This document shows positions 1 through 11,599 of a stretch of 19,369 nt of DNA, piece after piece. Within the stretch, counting starts at the first letter, position 1, and each line of letters starts with the position of its first letter. This stretch comes from Geosiphon pyriformis uo1 (Eukaryota; Fungi; Glomeromycota): NCBI GenBank assembly GCA_016748015.1, contig JAAOMT010000209.1, positions 1 to 19,369 of the forward strand. The letters are read 5' to 3'. The notes beneath the pieces were generated by a model. That model worked only from the letters and a program-made list of their open reading frames with translations. It ran no database searches and was not told the DNA's origin. Position numbers and translations under genes: made by a program.

Positions 1-424
1 AATTACAGTTATTATTCAATATTCAATTTCAAATTTCATGAACTTATATTTATTTTGTTGAAATTACTTATTATTAATACTTAGTTTATTAAAACATCTA
101 ATACTGATAACATCTATTTAAAGAATTTAATAGCACTAAAACAATAGTTTTTGATTATAGTTATTAACAAAATATTAATTCTTTATTTATTATTATTATT
201 ATTTTTTATTTTTTTTTTGTTTTATTTTGTTTTATTATATATAATAATTAATTACAAAAAACATTAAGATTACAATATTAAAAATTGTCTGGCAAAAAAT
301 ATAGAATTAATATTATTTCTATATTTAAATATTTTTTGTTAATTAATACTATCTGTATATTTAAATATATTTAAAAATATAAAATATTATGGTATTTTTA
401 GTTATTTGTTAATTATTTTGTAGT

Positions 425-478
425 TATGTTTGGCATTTTTGGCATTTTTAATATTCTTAATATTTCTAATATTTTTGG
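425..478. repeat. Six degenerate 9-bp tandem units, reconstructed ancestor CATTCCTGG
   Basis: Units tatgtttgg, catttttgg, catttttaa, tattcttaa, tatttctaa, tatttttgg. Confidence 0.8.
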
Positions 479-1471
479 AATTTTTTTTGATTTTAAAATT
501 TCTGTTATTACATTATTTATAATAATATTAATTTTTAATTGGCTAATTAAATATTATTTATTATTTTTACTTTTTTTGTTTAAGTAATAATATTATTTTT
601 TAAAATTGAGTTTTATTAAAATCCCAAATTTTTTTTATAATTATATTAAATATATAATATTTTATAATAAAATAGGTAATTTTATATTAAAATTGGTAAC
701 TAATTAATTAGAGTATTAATTAAGATTGTAAAATTTAAACCAGTTAATTAAAAATAAATTTTGGTTTTTAAAAAGTATAATATTAATTAATAATTTAATA
801 AATTAATAGATTAATACATTTTTTTGAAAAAAAAAGGTTTTTATATTTTGGCAAATTTTTATTTTAAAATATTATATAATTTAATTTGAAAATTGCTAAA
901 ATTTCAATTTGGTAAACTTTTTAATATACTAAATTTTTAATAAATATTTTAATTATATAACAGATTTTTATTAATTTAGCTACTTTTTTGAATTAATTAT
1001 TTATTTGTTTTTATATAATTTTTGAAATAAAATTTATCGTTTTAAATTTAATTCTTTTTATTAAGTATTTTTTTAATGTAAAAATATATGTATATAAATA
1101 TATATCTATTGTTTTATTTATCAATATATTCTTAAAGTTTTTGTTAAATTATAATATTTAATAAATATTAATAGAAATAAATATTGTATTTTATTCAAAC
1201 CTTGTTTTAAAAGTTTTAATAAATAAATTTCAGAATAATTTTTTGTGTTTTTTCTATAAAAATAATAATTTTATGTATTGTTTACTAATAAAATTGTTTT
1301 TTAATATATTTAATTTAACTTTTAATAATTATTATAAATAAGTTAGAAAGCATTTTTAAAATTAACATTTATTTTTAAAATATTTTTTTGTTATTATTTA
1401 ATTATTTTTGTTTAATTTTTTAGTTATTTTTGAATAAATAATTATAATATAAAGAAATTAAGTAGTTAAAC

Positions 1472-2587
1472 TTAACTATTTTTTAATAAAATTTATTAAT
1501 TCAAAATCTTAAAATATATTTTTTGAATTAATCAAAAAAATTTGTAAAATCAAAAATTTAGAATTGCTTTTTAAATAATAAAGTTTGAATTTATTATTAT
1601 GTGTAATTTTCTTTAAAATTTTATTATTAAATTTTAATTTATATAATTTATTGTTTAAAACTTAATATATAAAAAATAGTTTATCTTATTTAGAATTGAA
1701 TTTTTTATTTTGCCATATTTTAGTTTTAATTTTGTGTAAAAAAACTATTTTATTTTCAACTTTAAATTTATTAGTAACAAATAACAATTTATTATTAATA
1801 TGAATAATTGCAATTTGGAATTAATTCAAAGTATTACAAAAATATATAAACTTTTAGTAAAAAGTTTCTTTAAAATTATTGGTTAAATTAAATAACTTTT
1901 TACTAAAAAATTAATTAGTATATTGTAATTTTTTTAAAATAAAAATGAAATTCTTTTAATATTAAATTATTTATTAATTTTCTGTATTAAATTGTTTACA
2001 AAATGTGTTTTAATTTAAATAAGCATTTATGTTTACAAATAATGTTTTTATAAATAAAATCTGTTATTAGTTTTGTATTTGTTTTTTAAATAACTTTTGT
2101 TTTAAGTTATTTTGTAATTTATTACTATTGTAATATATTAGTTTTTCTGTTATAATAAATAAAAATCTAATTTAATCAATTTTAATTTAATTAAATAATT
2201 ATTTAATTTTAATTGTATTTAAAATTTAATAAAACAAAATTTTTTTTGATAATTATTACAAATATTAGCATATTATTAAATAATTTTTTGTATAAAAACC
2301 AAAAACAATATTTTAATATTCTTTGAATAGTACTGTTTTTTTTTTAAAATGTGTTTTTAATATGATAAATAATTTTAAATAATAATTAATATTGTTGTAA
2401 TTTTTCAATTTTATTGTTTTATTGCTAATAGTTTATTAATATAATAATTTAAGTATTAATCTTGTTTTTTATTAAAAAACTATTAATGTGTAATTTTTCT
2501 GGTTTATTTGTAGTTACTAATAATTTTATTTAACAAAATTGTTTTATGTGGTTATTTAAATTTAATATTGTTAATAATAATATTACA
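1472..2587 (-). mobile_element. Hypermutated Ty3/gypsy relic A, downstream part: end of RNase H and integrase
   Basis: Reverted motifs: zinc-binding AHF..FWP..YANTCDNCQ (the last at 2272-2246); IKVGQPFDRIGIDxVGPLP; ADFIYEDIICRHGCP (2064-2020); THFVN; FKVGDK; KFDPKWDGPF (1703-1674) followed by IHQVLDNGSYKL..AHGNR.KLY, the GPY/F C-terminal module. Confidence 0.88.
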
Positions 2588-2597
2588 TTTTTATATT
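2588..2597. repeat. Candidate target-site duplication, left copy (TTTTTATATT)
   Basis: Identical 10-mer at 9386-9395. Both copies abut the GC transitions. Low complexity, so a chance match is possible. Confidence 0.5.
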
Positions 2598-2713
2598 TAA
2601 TAAGTGTAGTCCAATTGCTATCTAGTACATAGAACCAAACTAAGTGGCTCAAACTAAATGCAATTCACGCACTTTCTACATGTGGCTAGCCACTCAGGCC
2701 AGACAAGGCAACA

Positions 2714-5700
2714 CTACACACCTATAATAATCTGCACACTGCCACCTAGACCAGAAAAGAAACAATAAGGCTTCTGATGACCAAAGCTAATAGCAAAAGA
2801 ATTGGTTACACCAAGAAATCTTACGACACCATCAGACAAAACCGAAGACACACCACGAGAGAGCCCAGAAACAACATCACCATCACAAACCAGACCAGCC
2901 TTCTCTATCACCACCCAGTGGCTGGCCCTAGCCAACTACACTTTAGCACAATGTAACTCAACCATGAACCTGACATAATCAACAATCTGAGTAGCTGCCA
3001 TCTTTCTATCCTCAAAAATACTACAAGCTTCCTTATACCACTCCCCCAGCACAAACTCTTTGCAAACCAAAGTGTACAACCCAACATCAATGGAACATTG
3101 AGACAAAACTCGCAACATGGCAGAAGCAAGGAAACTGCCAGCCAAAGCTGACCAACGGGCAGAAGTCTCAGCCAAAATTTTGTCACGAATGCCAGACTCA
3201 TGAACACAAGTAAAAGTGTGGTCAGAGAACTCCACCCCACCGCAAAATAAACATAATACACTAGGGTAGCACTTATCATACAACTTTTTCCTTACCACCA
3301 CCAGCAATCTTCTGTGAACAGTCTTTATAATATAAGTGCAAAGCGTCAAGGATACCTGGCTAGTGAACCCAGTGAGCATATAAAAATCAGGATGCCACAT
3401 CTTCGCCATAACAACCCAGTCTATGCAACCAATTATCGCATCCGGAACCATGTCATAACCAGGCCCAGCTTCCCAACAAGCACAACAAACAAACCAAAAA
3501 ATATTTCTGACAAAATGATGAGCATTACCAAAAACAGCGACATTCTCAGCAACCAAAAAATGTTCATGCACATTGACACAAAGAGAAAAGGGAAATCCAG
3601 AGGCAGCCCCAGCAGCCAAGTCAGCTTCCACATTACCAGGAATTTCAGAGTGGTCTTTTACCTTAATCCAACTCACACTAAGATTCTTATCCCTAACCAA
3701 ATTGAAAATATGACGTCTCTCCAGCCAGCATTGATTATGGAAATCAGGAGTGACCAAAAACATCTCAGACACACATGCGTCAATAGTAGCCTGACTGTTA
3801 AGACATAACACCACAGTACTTGAAGAAGAAACACACTTCAAAGCCAAAGCAACAGCCTGCAATTCGGCTATAGTAGATGACAAAAGGCCATTAACAGCAA
3901 CACCAATGCTCTTATCTAAGACCAGAAAATATGTAGCAGCACCACAGGTGACCTCAGCAGAGCCTGTATTCCTCAAAGACCCATCCATAAAAACTTCAAA
4001 AAAGCCTGACCAAATATCATGCAATCCATTTTTTACTGCAGAAAATTCCCCAGACTTCAAAATGTCCAAACCAAGCTTTTCCGCAGAGCCAATAGAACCA
4101 GAAAATGAACAACCTTAACTCTTCAAAAACTCAGAAGAAACCAAGAACCAATGAGACACAGGGCCACACAGATCCAATCTTTTCCAATGACAAAAAGTTT
4201 TCCAATCCAACAAAGCACTTTTTTTATCAAAAAGCCGATCACCAAAAGTGACACCAAAGCATCTAAGAGATTTGACCAAGTCAAAATACAGAGACTTTCC
4301 AAGAATAGAGGACAACGGAAAATAACCAGGACTATAAAATGCAGTAGGGAGGTTGTTCACCAAAGAAAGCTCATTGCCCAACAAAATCTTCACCATCCCA
4401 GTTAAAAAATTGTTCACTGGACTAACACGCAATCTGACCGGAAACTGCAAAGGATCCAAAAGAGCCCAACCAAGAACCTGCAGATCCAAAAACCTATGTC
4501 TAAACAAATGCTCAAGAATACCAAAGGCATTAGAGAACATTATCAGAGCAACAATCTTCCCCTCTGACTGCACTTGCTCAAAAGATTTCAGGCCATACAA
4601 TGAGAGATGATGCAAAACAGCATCAGAAAAATCACAGAGGAAACAAGCCTTAGACCTAAAACTTTTCTAACCAAGACATCCCACTTGCGACAAACATTAG
4701 AAGGGACAAAACTAAACTGAATATGACAGCTAACAATAGGCTGCAAAACAGCTGACACCAGATAGGAGAACTGTTTGTCTGTAATAGCTTTTCTAAGCAC
4801 AACATTGATGAAGAAACACACATCCACATGAGCCTTGGCAACACTTGGCTTGGAGAGCCCCCCAGTCGACAGAAAAATACCTAGATACCAATGTGCTTCC
4901 CCTTTTTTGGCAATAAAAATTGGCTGACTGCAAATGCTCAGTGAAGCAACTTTAATACCCTGATTGATGGGAATAGCTACCATCTTTTCACTGTTGATAG
5001 AAATATCATTGATCACAAAAAATTCACTGGCAATGTTCAGAGCATATTGAGTAGAAGCCTAACAATTCCCAATCCAGATCGTATCATCAACAAATGCACC
5101 AGCCGAAAAATATGATGTCAAACCACCACCGCTTTCAATCCTGCCAGACTTTGAAACAAACTTAGTATTAATCCAGTACCCACATAATTGTTCGTGCCTC
5201 TTAACCTCACACAAAAGTGGATTGTAAAAAATTCTCCATAGAAGCGGTGAAAAGATTTCACCCTAATCCAGCCCATCATGCACTTTATAACCACCAGACA
5301 AACCAAAGTCAGTCATTACTCTATTAACTCTATCCTCATGAATGCCACCAAAAAACCTTATGAACCTCTCACACATCTTGACATGCCGCAAACTAGCCCT
5401 TAAATGATACCACCCAACTAAATTGTAAGCTTTCCACATATCTTGCAAGACTAACCATAACTCCCTATCCTTCTCAATAGCATCCTCAATTACCAAACTG
5501 GCAGCAAACACTAAAGATTGTATGGACGTACCCTTCAGCACTGAAAAATTGTCATCTCGAAGAACGTTGAACTTGCTATAAGCCATTGAAATACGATCAG
5601 ACAGAACCTTGAAAAGAATCTTCCTGGCAGTCTCAATCAAAACAATGGGCCAAGTGTTCGTAAGAACTCCATCCCAGTTGTAAGGCTTAAGAATCATTGA

Positions 5701-7397
5701 CACCCAAGCCCTCTTTCACAAAACAGACACCACACCAACAGACAAACACTTATTAAACAGTGCCAACAGACACTCCAAAACCACCTCACCACCATGTTTC
5801 CACAACTCATTAGAAACACCAGACAAACCAGCAGCCTTGCCATCAGGCAGACCACCAACAACAGAAAGTAACTCGCCCATATTGATTGCATTTATAACAC
5901 CCGAAAAGACATCATCTCGAACATGATTCAAAAGCATGTACTGATGAGCCCAAAGATCAGAAAGCTCTGACTGCACAGAGTGTTTCTTCATCCACTCCTC
6001 TATTATTTTATTCACACTTGACTTCACTTCTTCAGATAACAAATCCAGATCATCATCAACTATCAAGTGATCTAACACCACCTTGTGAAAAGGCTTTTCT
6101 AACACACTCCTGATCATACTACCCTTATCTGAACAGAAATTATCCATGTGCTTCTCAATTGTCTTCCTAACTGAAGCTTCCTCAGCCAATCTCGACTTAA
6201 ATATCTTCGATCTCCTGTAATCTCTGCAAACCAATAACAAATGCCTAACAATAACATCAGATTTAACTCCTAAGCCAACCAAGTCCTTGAAAGCACAAGC
6301 CTTTGCATCATTCAGAGTTGACCATTTACTCACAAGATGATTAGTACCTAGCAAGTTACCCGAGCAAAATTTCTTGACAATCTTGGCCACCAATAATTCC
6401 AGACCAAAAAACCTAGAAGAATGTTTGTTTCTTGAACACTTGAATTCACTAAACCAATGCCTCGAAAATGTTACATCAGCAGAATCTACCACAGTCCCAC
6501 CAAAACTGCCCACATAGCATCCATATCACCACGCATTTCAGCACCAGAGAACACCTCACCCAAAGACAAGAGTTTTGCCAAAGAAAGATTCCTAAACTTA
6601 GCCCATCCAGCACAGTCAGCATTCTTGATTTTAAACTTCCAACAATTTTTATTCGCCTGCTTGCGCAAACTATTCAATTGTACATCCAGAAGTCCACCCA
6701 AACTGACTGAAACCACAACTGCCCTGTGATCGGTGTTAAAGAAATCTGAAACAGAGACAACTTGATGACCAGCAACAGCAGAAGACAAATTACCACCAAC
6801 AAAAATGTAATCAATCATTTTTCCAACCCCTCTCGAATTGCTTCACATATGAGAATCAGCCAAATAATGACCAACAAATGAATTGACCAAACCCAAACTT
6901 AAACAAAACTTGAAACTAGTACTTTTACCAGATTTATTCTCATTAAAGTCTCCACCCAAGATAACAAAATTGCTGGAGTTGACAGCCTTTGCAATAAAAG
7001 AGTTAACTTCAGAAGTCTGACCAAACCTAGCCCCAAAAGAAGCACTAGCATACAACCCCAAAATAGTAACCAAGAGCTTGCCCTTAAACAAGAGTCGAAC
7101 AGAAACAATCCGACCTGGAATCTCCTCCACCTTAGATACATGACAAGCCAAAGAAACGTTCATAATAATTGCAACTCCAGCACCCATAAAATCTTTATCT
7201 AATTCTGAAGAAAAAATTCACACTCCATTAAATTTATCCTTTACCCATGGCCCAGAAGAGAACCTCAACTTTGTCTCAGTGATAAAAGAAATCATGTTTC
7301 CTGAATTTACATGCCAACAAACAACATCTGCTTGCTTCTCAAGAACATTGATACTCCGAACGTTGCATGTAGTAAATTTCCAGACCAAACTATTCAT
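2714..7397 (-). pseudogene. LINE ORF2 pol (~1560 codons): APE endonuclease, reverse transcriptase, RNase H, CCHC finger; 7 stops, 2 frameshifts
   Basis: APE motifs TCNVR, ITETK, GAGVAII, ILGGDFN, IDYIF, TDHRAV (about 7380-6720). RT motifs PIVLIE, LQDMxKAY, GLD(Q)GEIFSPLLW, AFVDD (FVDD at 5083-5094), YLGI. RNase H motifs VFMDGS, SSTIAEL, KVKxHS..GNVEAD. Finger CLFCGGVEFSDHTFTC. In-frame stops at 7218, 6843, 5716, 5263, 5059, 4115 and 2936; frameshifts near 6495 and 4660. Confidence 0.95.
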
Positions 7398-9238
7398 TGA
7401 GACAAAAGAAGAGCCAACAAACTCAAACCAGCACACAAGAGATCCAATCTCGCCAAAACAGAACTGACTGAAGCCTCCAGAGCTGACATTTTAGACTCCA
7501 AACCACCCACTTTAGTAGTTAGAACCTTCAAACTACTTGAATTGAAGCCACCACCCATATCAATACTTGGAGAATGGGGGTTGAACGATGCCAATTCACC
7601 ATCCAGAGCCATATCAAAATTCAAACCAGGAGCCAAAGGCACAGATCCAACCAAAAGAGGGTCATCAGAAGATGAAACCATGGGCACCAATTCAACAAAA
7701 CTCAATTTTCTTAAAATATCAGACACTTGGTTAGCCAACAACTCGAGAGAGCATTCCAAAGATGCCAAGCAAGCATTCAAAGAAGAGTTGGCAAGTGTAG
7801 AAGAAGGAGGACCACTGCCTAAATCCAGGGTTGTACGGTAAGAGAAACCAGCACCATGACCAGAACCAGAAGGGGAAGCAAAAGAGACTACTTGGGCTCA
7901 CAATTTGCCACCAAAGGCAGCAGGGTAGAATATAGGAACATTTTTCTTTGTGCATAACTTGGCCAACTAGAGACAATTCATACCAGGAGCACATCTTTTA
8001 TTAAAATTATTCAAGAAAACAGAAGACGACATATCTGATGCATTGCACTCTAAAGCCAAATTTTCAAAATGCCCACATTTTTTACACTGAACCAAATCCA
8101 GCCTAGCCCAAGAAAAACGAACACCACCGAAAACAGGCTCAGTGAGAAAAGCAGAATTCAAATTATTCTCAGATTCAAAGCCAACCACAGCACAGCAAAC
8201 CCTATTGCCAGTGTCCAATAAATGATTAATAATGCAAGTTCTGCCATCAGTTTTATCCAAAAGATTATTAAGATCATGTGCTGTTGTTCCCACCAGCAAT
8301 GTAAACAGAAGCATCCTAAAACGATCCCTAAAGGCCCAGATATTGTGATCTCCCACAGCTTTCACCACATGCACAGAGTTTTTCCCAATTAAGAAGAACC
8401 ATTTTGAAGCCAACAGCTCTGCCTGTCTTGATTCAGCGAATTCCACTACAGCCTTCTGCCACATACCAACCAACTGGATTTTGATTGACTTAATTTGCCC
8501 AAACTCAGAAACTGCGGTGATGATCATTTCTTTTGGCATATCCATGGGAATTTCTTTGATTATCACAGCCTGATCTGAATGAAGTCCTTGTTTCCTTACA
8601 TCATTGTTTATGATGATTTCTTTTTTTTCGGCCAATGACACAGCTTTCCTCATGCTCTTCTTAGATGTAAACATCGATTGGATGATCCCTTCAAATTTTG
8701 AGGGGGTAGTGGCCCCCCCAAAACCATTGATCTTTGAAAAAATCTTCCTGATTAATTGAGTTTTTGCCGTTGCCAATTTGCCTTCAACAGCTGAAAAATT
8801 GATATCCAAGGCAAAAAATTTCTTAACTGCCACCTCTATAGGAGTTTTGATAATTTTGGGATTGATCCAGATCTTATCCAAAGAAATCTTTTTCATAAGG
8901 GGAGGCAGAAGGGGCTTCACCTTTTCATCTATTTCAAAGTCAGGAGAACCAATAGGAGAACCAAAATTCGCATCAGTATTCACACATTTAACCTTGGGAG
9001 TGTTAACAGCCGAGTTCAAGAGAGAACCATTAAAACCACCAGACATACTGACATCCTCATCATCACCAGAAAGGCTTTCTACATTGGAATATACACTAGC
9101 ACTAGAACCAGACTTCAAAGAAATATTCTTTTCATTACCAGAGTGTTTAACATTACCAAGAGAAGCCTTCTTTTTTTGTGAAAAGGAACCACCAGCAGGA
9201 CCATGAAACATGCCCTTAGAAGCCTTCTTACTAGACAT
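7394..9238 (-). pseudogene. LINE ORF1 (nucleic-acid-binding, gag-like protein, ~614 codons) with 2 in-frame stops
   Basis: ORF-track pieces 7967..9268 and 7394..7780 are in one frame, separated by TAG at 7967 (CAG, ..LQLAKL) and TGA at 7898 (TGG, FGGKxWAQ). RRM-like segments (AVIIKEIP..EFGQIKSIKI..KAVVEF; LLFTL..CAVVGFESE), a degenerate CX2CX4HX4C knuckle (CKKCGHFENLALEC) and C-terminal heptad-rich helices. First ATG is at 9238. Confidence 0.85.
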
Positions 9239-9385
9239 GCTGCCACTAGAAGCAGCTTTTGAATCCACGACAAAAGGGTTATTAGTTAAAGAAATATTAA
9301 TATAATACTAATAAGAGAAAAACAAAAACTTCTTCTTCAGAAAAATAACTCGTTGGGGTTTTTGAGAGTAAGAGAGAAAGAAGTT

Positions 9386-9395
9386 TTTTTATATT
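9386..9395. repeat. Candidate target-site duplication, right copy (TTTTTATATT)
   Basis: Matches 2588-2597. Removing the LINE here rejoins the gypsy RNase H in the expected motif order. Confidence 0.5.
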
Positions 9396-10050
9396 ATTAT
9401 ATTATATAATAATAATATTAAATTTATTTAATCAAATTAGTATTAAAAGTATTTAAAAGCTTAATTTAGTACAGTTAATTTTAATTTAGTAAAAAATACT
9501 TGGTTTTAGTAAATTTTGTGTTTTGTTAATATATATAATAATTTTTTATTATTATTGTTATTTAATTAAAATAAAATTAAATACTATATAAAAAGCATTA
9601 ATAATTATTTGAAATTTTTTATTAAAATTTAAATAAACAAAAATTAGAACTGTTATTAAAAATATTAAAAACTGTTTATTATTTAGGAATTTATTAGTAT
9701 TTTATATTTTTGTTGAACAAATAGTTAAGAAATTTAATAATTTTTAATAATTTTTTAATAAATTATTTGTAATAAGTATTTTAAAAACTTTAAATTTTTG
9801 GATTTATTAATTAAGTTTAATTTTATCTTTGTTAATAATATAATTAAAAAGTTATGCTTTTTTTCAAAGTAATATTTAATTTTAATTCCGTTTTTTATAA
9901 TTGTTAAAATAAACAACTATTAATTTTTACAATAGCTTAGTACAAATAATATTTATAAGGCTTTAAAATGTCATTAATATGTTATATAAATCCAAAAAAC
10001 ATTAAATTAAATTTATAATTTTTTTTTTGTATGATAAATACTGTTTTTAA
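9396..10050 (-). mobile_element. Hypermutated Ty3/gypsy relic A, upstream part: RT and RNase H
   Basis: Minus strand with C>T/G>A reverted: aaa aca gta ttt atc ata caa aaa aaa aat tat aaa ttt aat tta atg ttt ttt gga = KTAFITQEGNYEFNLMPFG (about 10047-9991). att aat gac att = IDDI (9978-9967). Then YYRRFIK, YQWTPEQQTAF, LTTAPILAYPDFNKEFQIITDAS, IAYASRT, TELELAA..WALKYF. Confidence 0.85.
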
Positions 10051-11599
10051 TTAAGAAACTAAATTATTAATTTCAAAACTATACAACCAAAAAAAAATTA
10101 ATCAATTTGATTTTAAATATATTTATAAAAAACAATAACTTTATTTAATAAACAAAAAATTCTAATATTATTTTTTATTATTAAAACTAACTAGCAAATA
10201 AAAACAGTTTTAACAACTTTAAAAAACTTAAAATACACATTAATATATTATTAAAAACCAAAAACTTTAGCTTAATATTTACAATTTTATCAAAAATATT
10301 TAAAATAAAGTTATAACAACAAAAACAAAAACAAAAACAGACATCACAAAATTTTAAAAGTAGAGAAAAAAATTAACAAGCAAAATTTAAATAACAGTAT
10401 TAAAAAAGCTTAAAATACAATTTTTATACCAAAAAACTTATTATTCTTTATATTGATTTCAAATTAAAAGAATTATGTAAAAACTAAAAACAGATTTAAC
10501 ATAAACCAATTAAATTTTTATAGTTTTATTAAATACTAATATAAAAACTATTTACTTAAAAAACTTTTACCAATTTTTAATTGTTTTTTAAATACCACCA
10601 GAATTAATAATGTTTTTAAAAAACAGAAAAAAAAAAAGAGTTTCAGTTTCTAGTTAATCAAACTAATTTTTAAAATTAAGTAATTTAATAAGTTAATTAA
10701 CTAAAATTACATGTAAAAACATAATTTGTTTTGCTTTTTAAATAGTAATAATCAATTAAAATTCAACATATTAAGAAATTTAGTTATACATTAATTAAAA
10801 TCAACTTTGATAAACATATTACTATTGTTATTATTTAAATTAAATAATGAAAATAACTTTTTTGTTTATTTAAATAAGTTTAAATCATACTTTAAAAAAA
10901 CATGAAAAACATTATAAATATTAAAATGTATTAATAGTTTTAAAATTAATCTAATATATTATTTAAAATAAATTAAGCTTTTTATAATTTAAATTGTATT
11001 GCAAAAGTCAAAATTTTTTGTTTATTCTAAATTTAGATGTTTTTTGACACTATTTATTTGTTGTTTTTTTATATTTATAATTATTTTTTTTAAGCTTATA
11101 AGTTGAATTTTTTGAATTTTAATAATTCATTTTTTAACAACAAAATATACTAATTTTTTAATTATAAAAATATTAAACCAAGAATTTTATTTATAATTAA
11201 TGATAAATAGTATTATTTTAATTAAAGTTTGAAAATTTTTATTATATATAAGCTTTGCTAATAGTAGTAAGTTAAGTTAATTATTTTGCTAATAATTTAC
11301 AAACCATTGTAAATAATGTTTTAAAATTTGAACAATATGTTTAATTTGGTCATTGGTTTGAAAATAAAATATTAAAAATAACAAAATTTTAATACTAAAA
11401 AGCTTAAAAAGTGCTTTTAAAATTAGAATACAAATTAATAACTACAATTTAAAACAATTTTATCTGGCAATTATGCAATTTAATAATGTTTTAAAAAACT
11501 AATTAGGCTATTTTCTTTAAAGCTCTATTTTTTAAACATAAAAAAAATAAACTATTTTAATTAACTTATCTATTATTATCAAAATTGTATTTTTTTTTA

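Larger units (their letters stand above)
2598..9385 (-). mobile_element. Near full-length non-LTR retrotransposon (LINE, APE-RT-RNase H type), inactivated
   Basis: Abrupt GC step (about 10-15% to about 40%) at both ends. Colinear ORF1 and ORF2 with LINE motifs, short 5' and 3' UTRs, and a candidate 10-bp target-site duplication. Confidence 0.95.

Noticed and set aside
2572-2585. 14-bp match TAATAATAATATTA with 9407-9420 as the TSD
   Set aside because: Low complexity, further from the GC transitions, and both copies read as different eroded gypsy codons. The 10-bp candidate fits better, though neither is proven.
1-2597. AT-rich flanks as organellar DNA, endosymbiont DNA or satellite
   Set aside because: No ORFs, RNA genes or periodicity. 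They decode as nuclear Ty3/gypsy pol.
3314-9206. Plus-strand ORFs within the LINE (3314..3808, 4151..4405, 6457..6729, 7542..7841, 8778..9206 etc.) and off-frame minus ORFs
   Set aside because: Antisense or alternative-frame shadows of ORF1/ORF2 with no motifs of their own.
2714-9238. Stop-codon readthrough, alternative genetic code or RNA editing rescuing the LINE
   Set aside because: All three stop types occur, replacing Q, R and W inconsistently. There are also frameshifts and damaged conserved motifs.
9239-9268. GTG start for ORF1 given by the ORF track
   Set aside because: Eukaryotic context; the in-frame ATG at 9238 is the simpler start.
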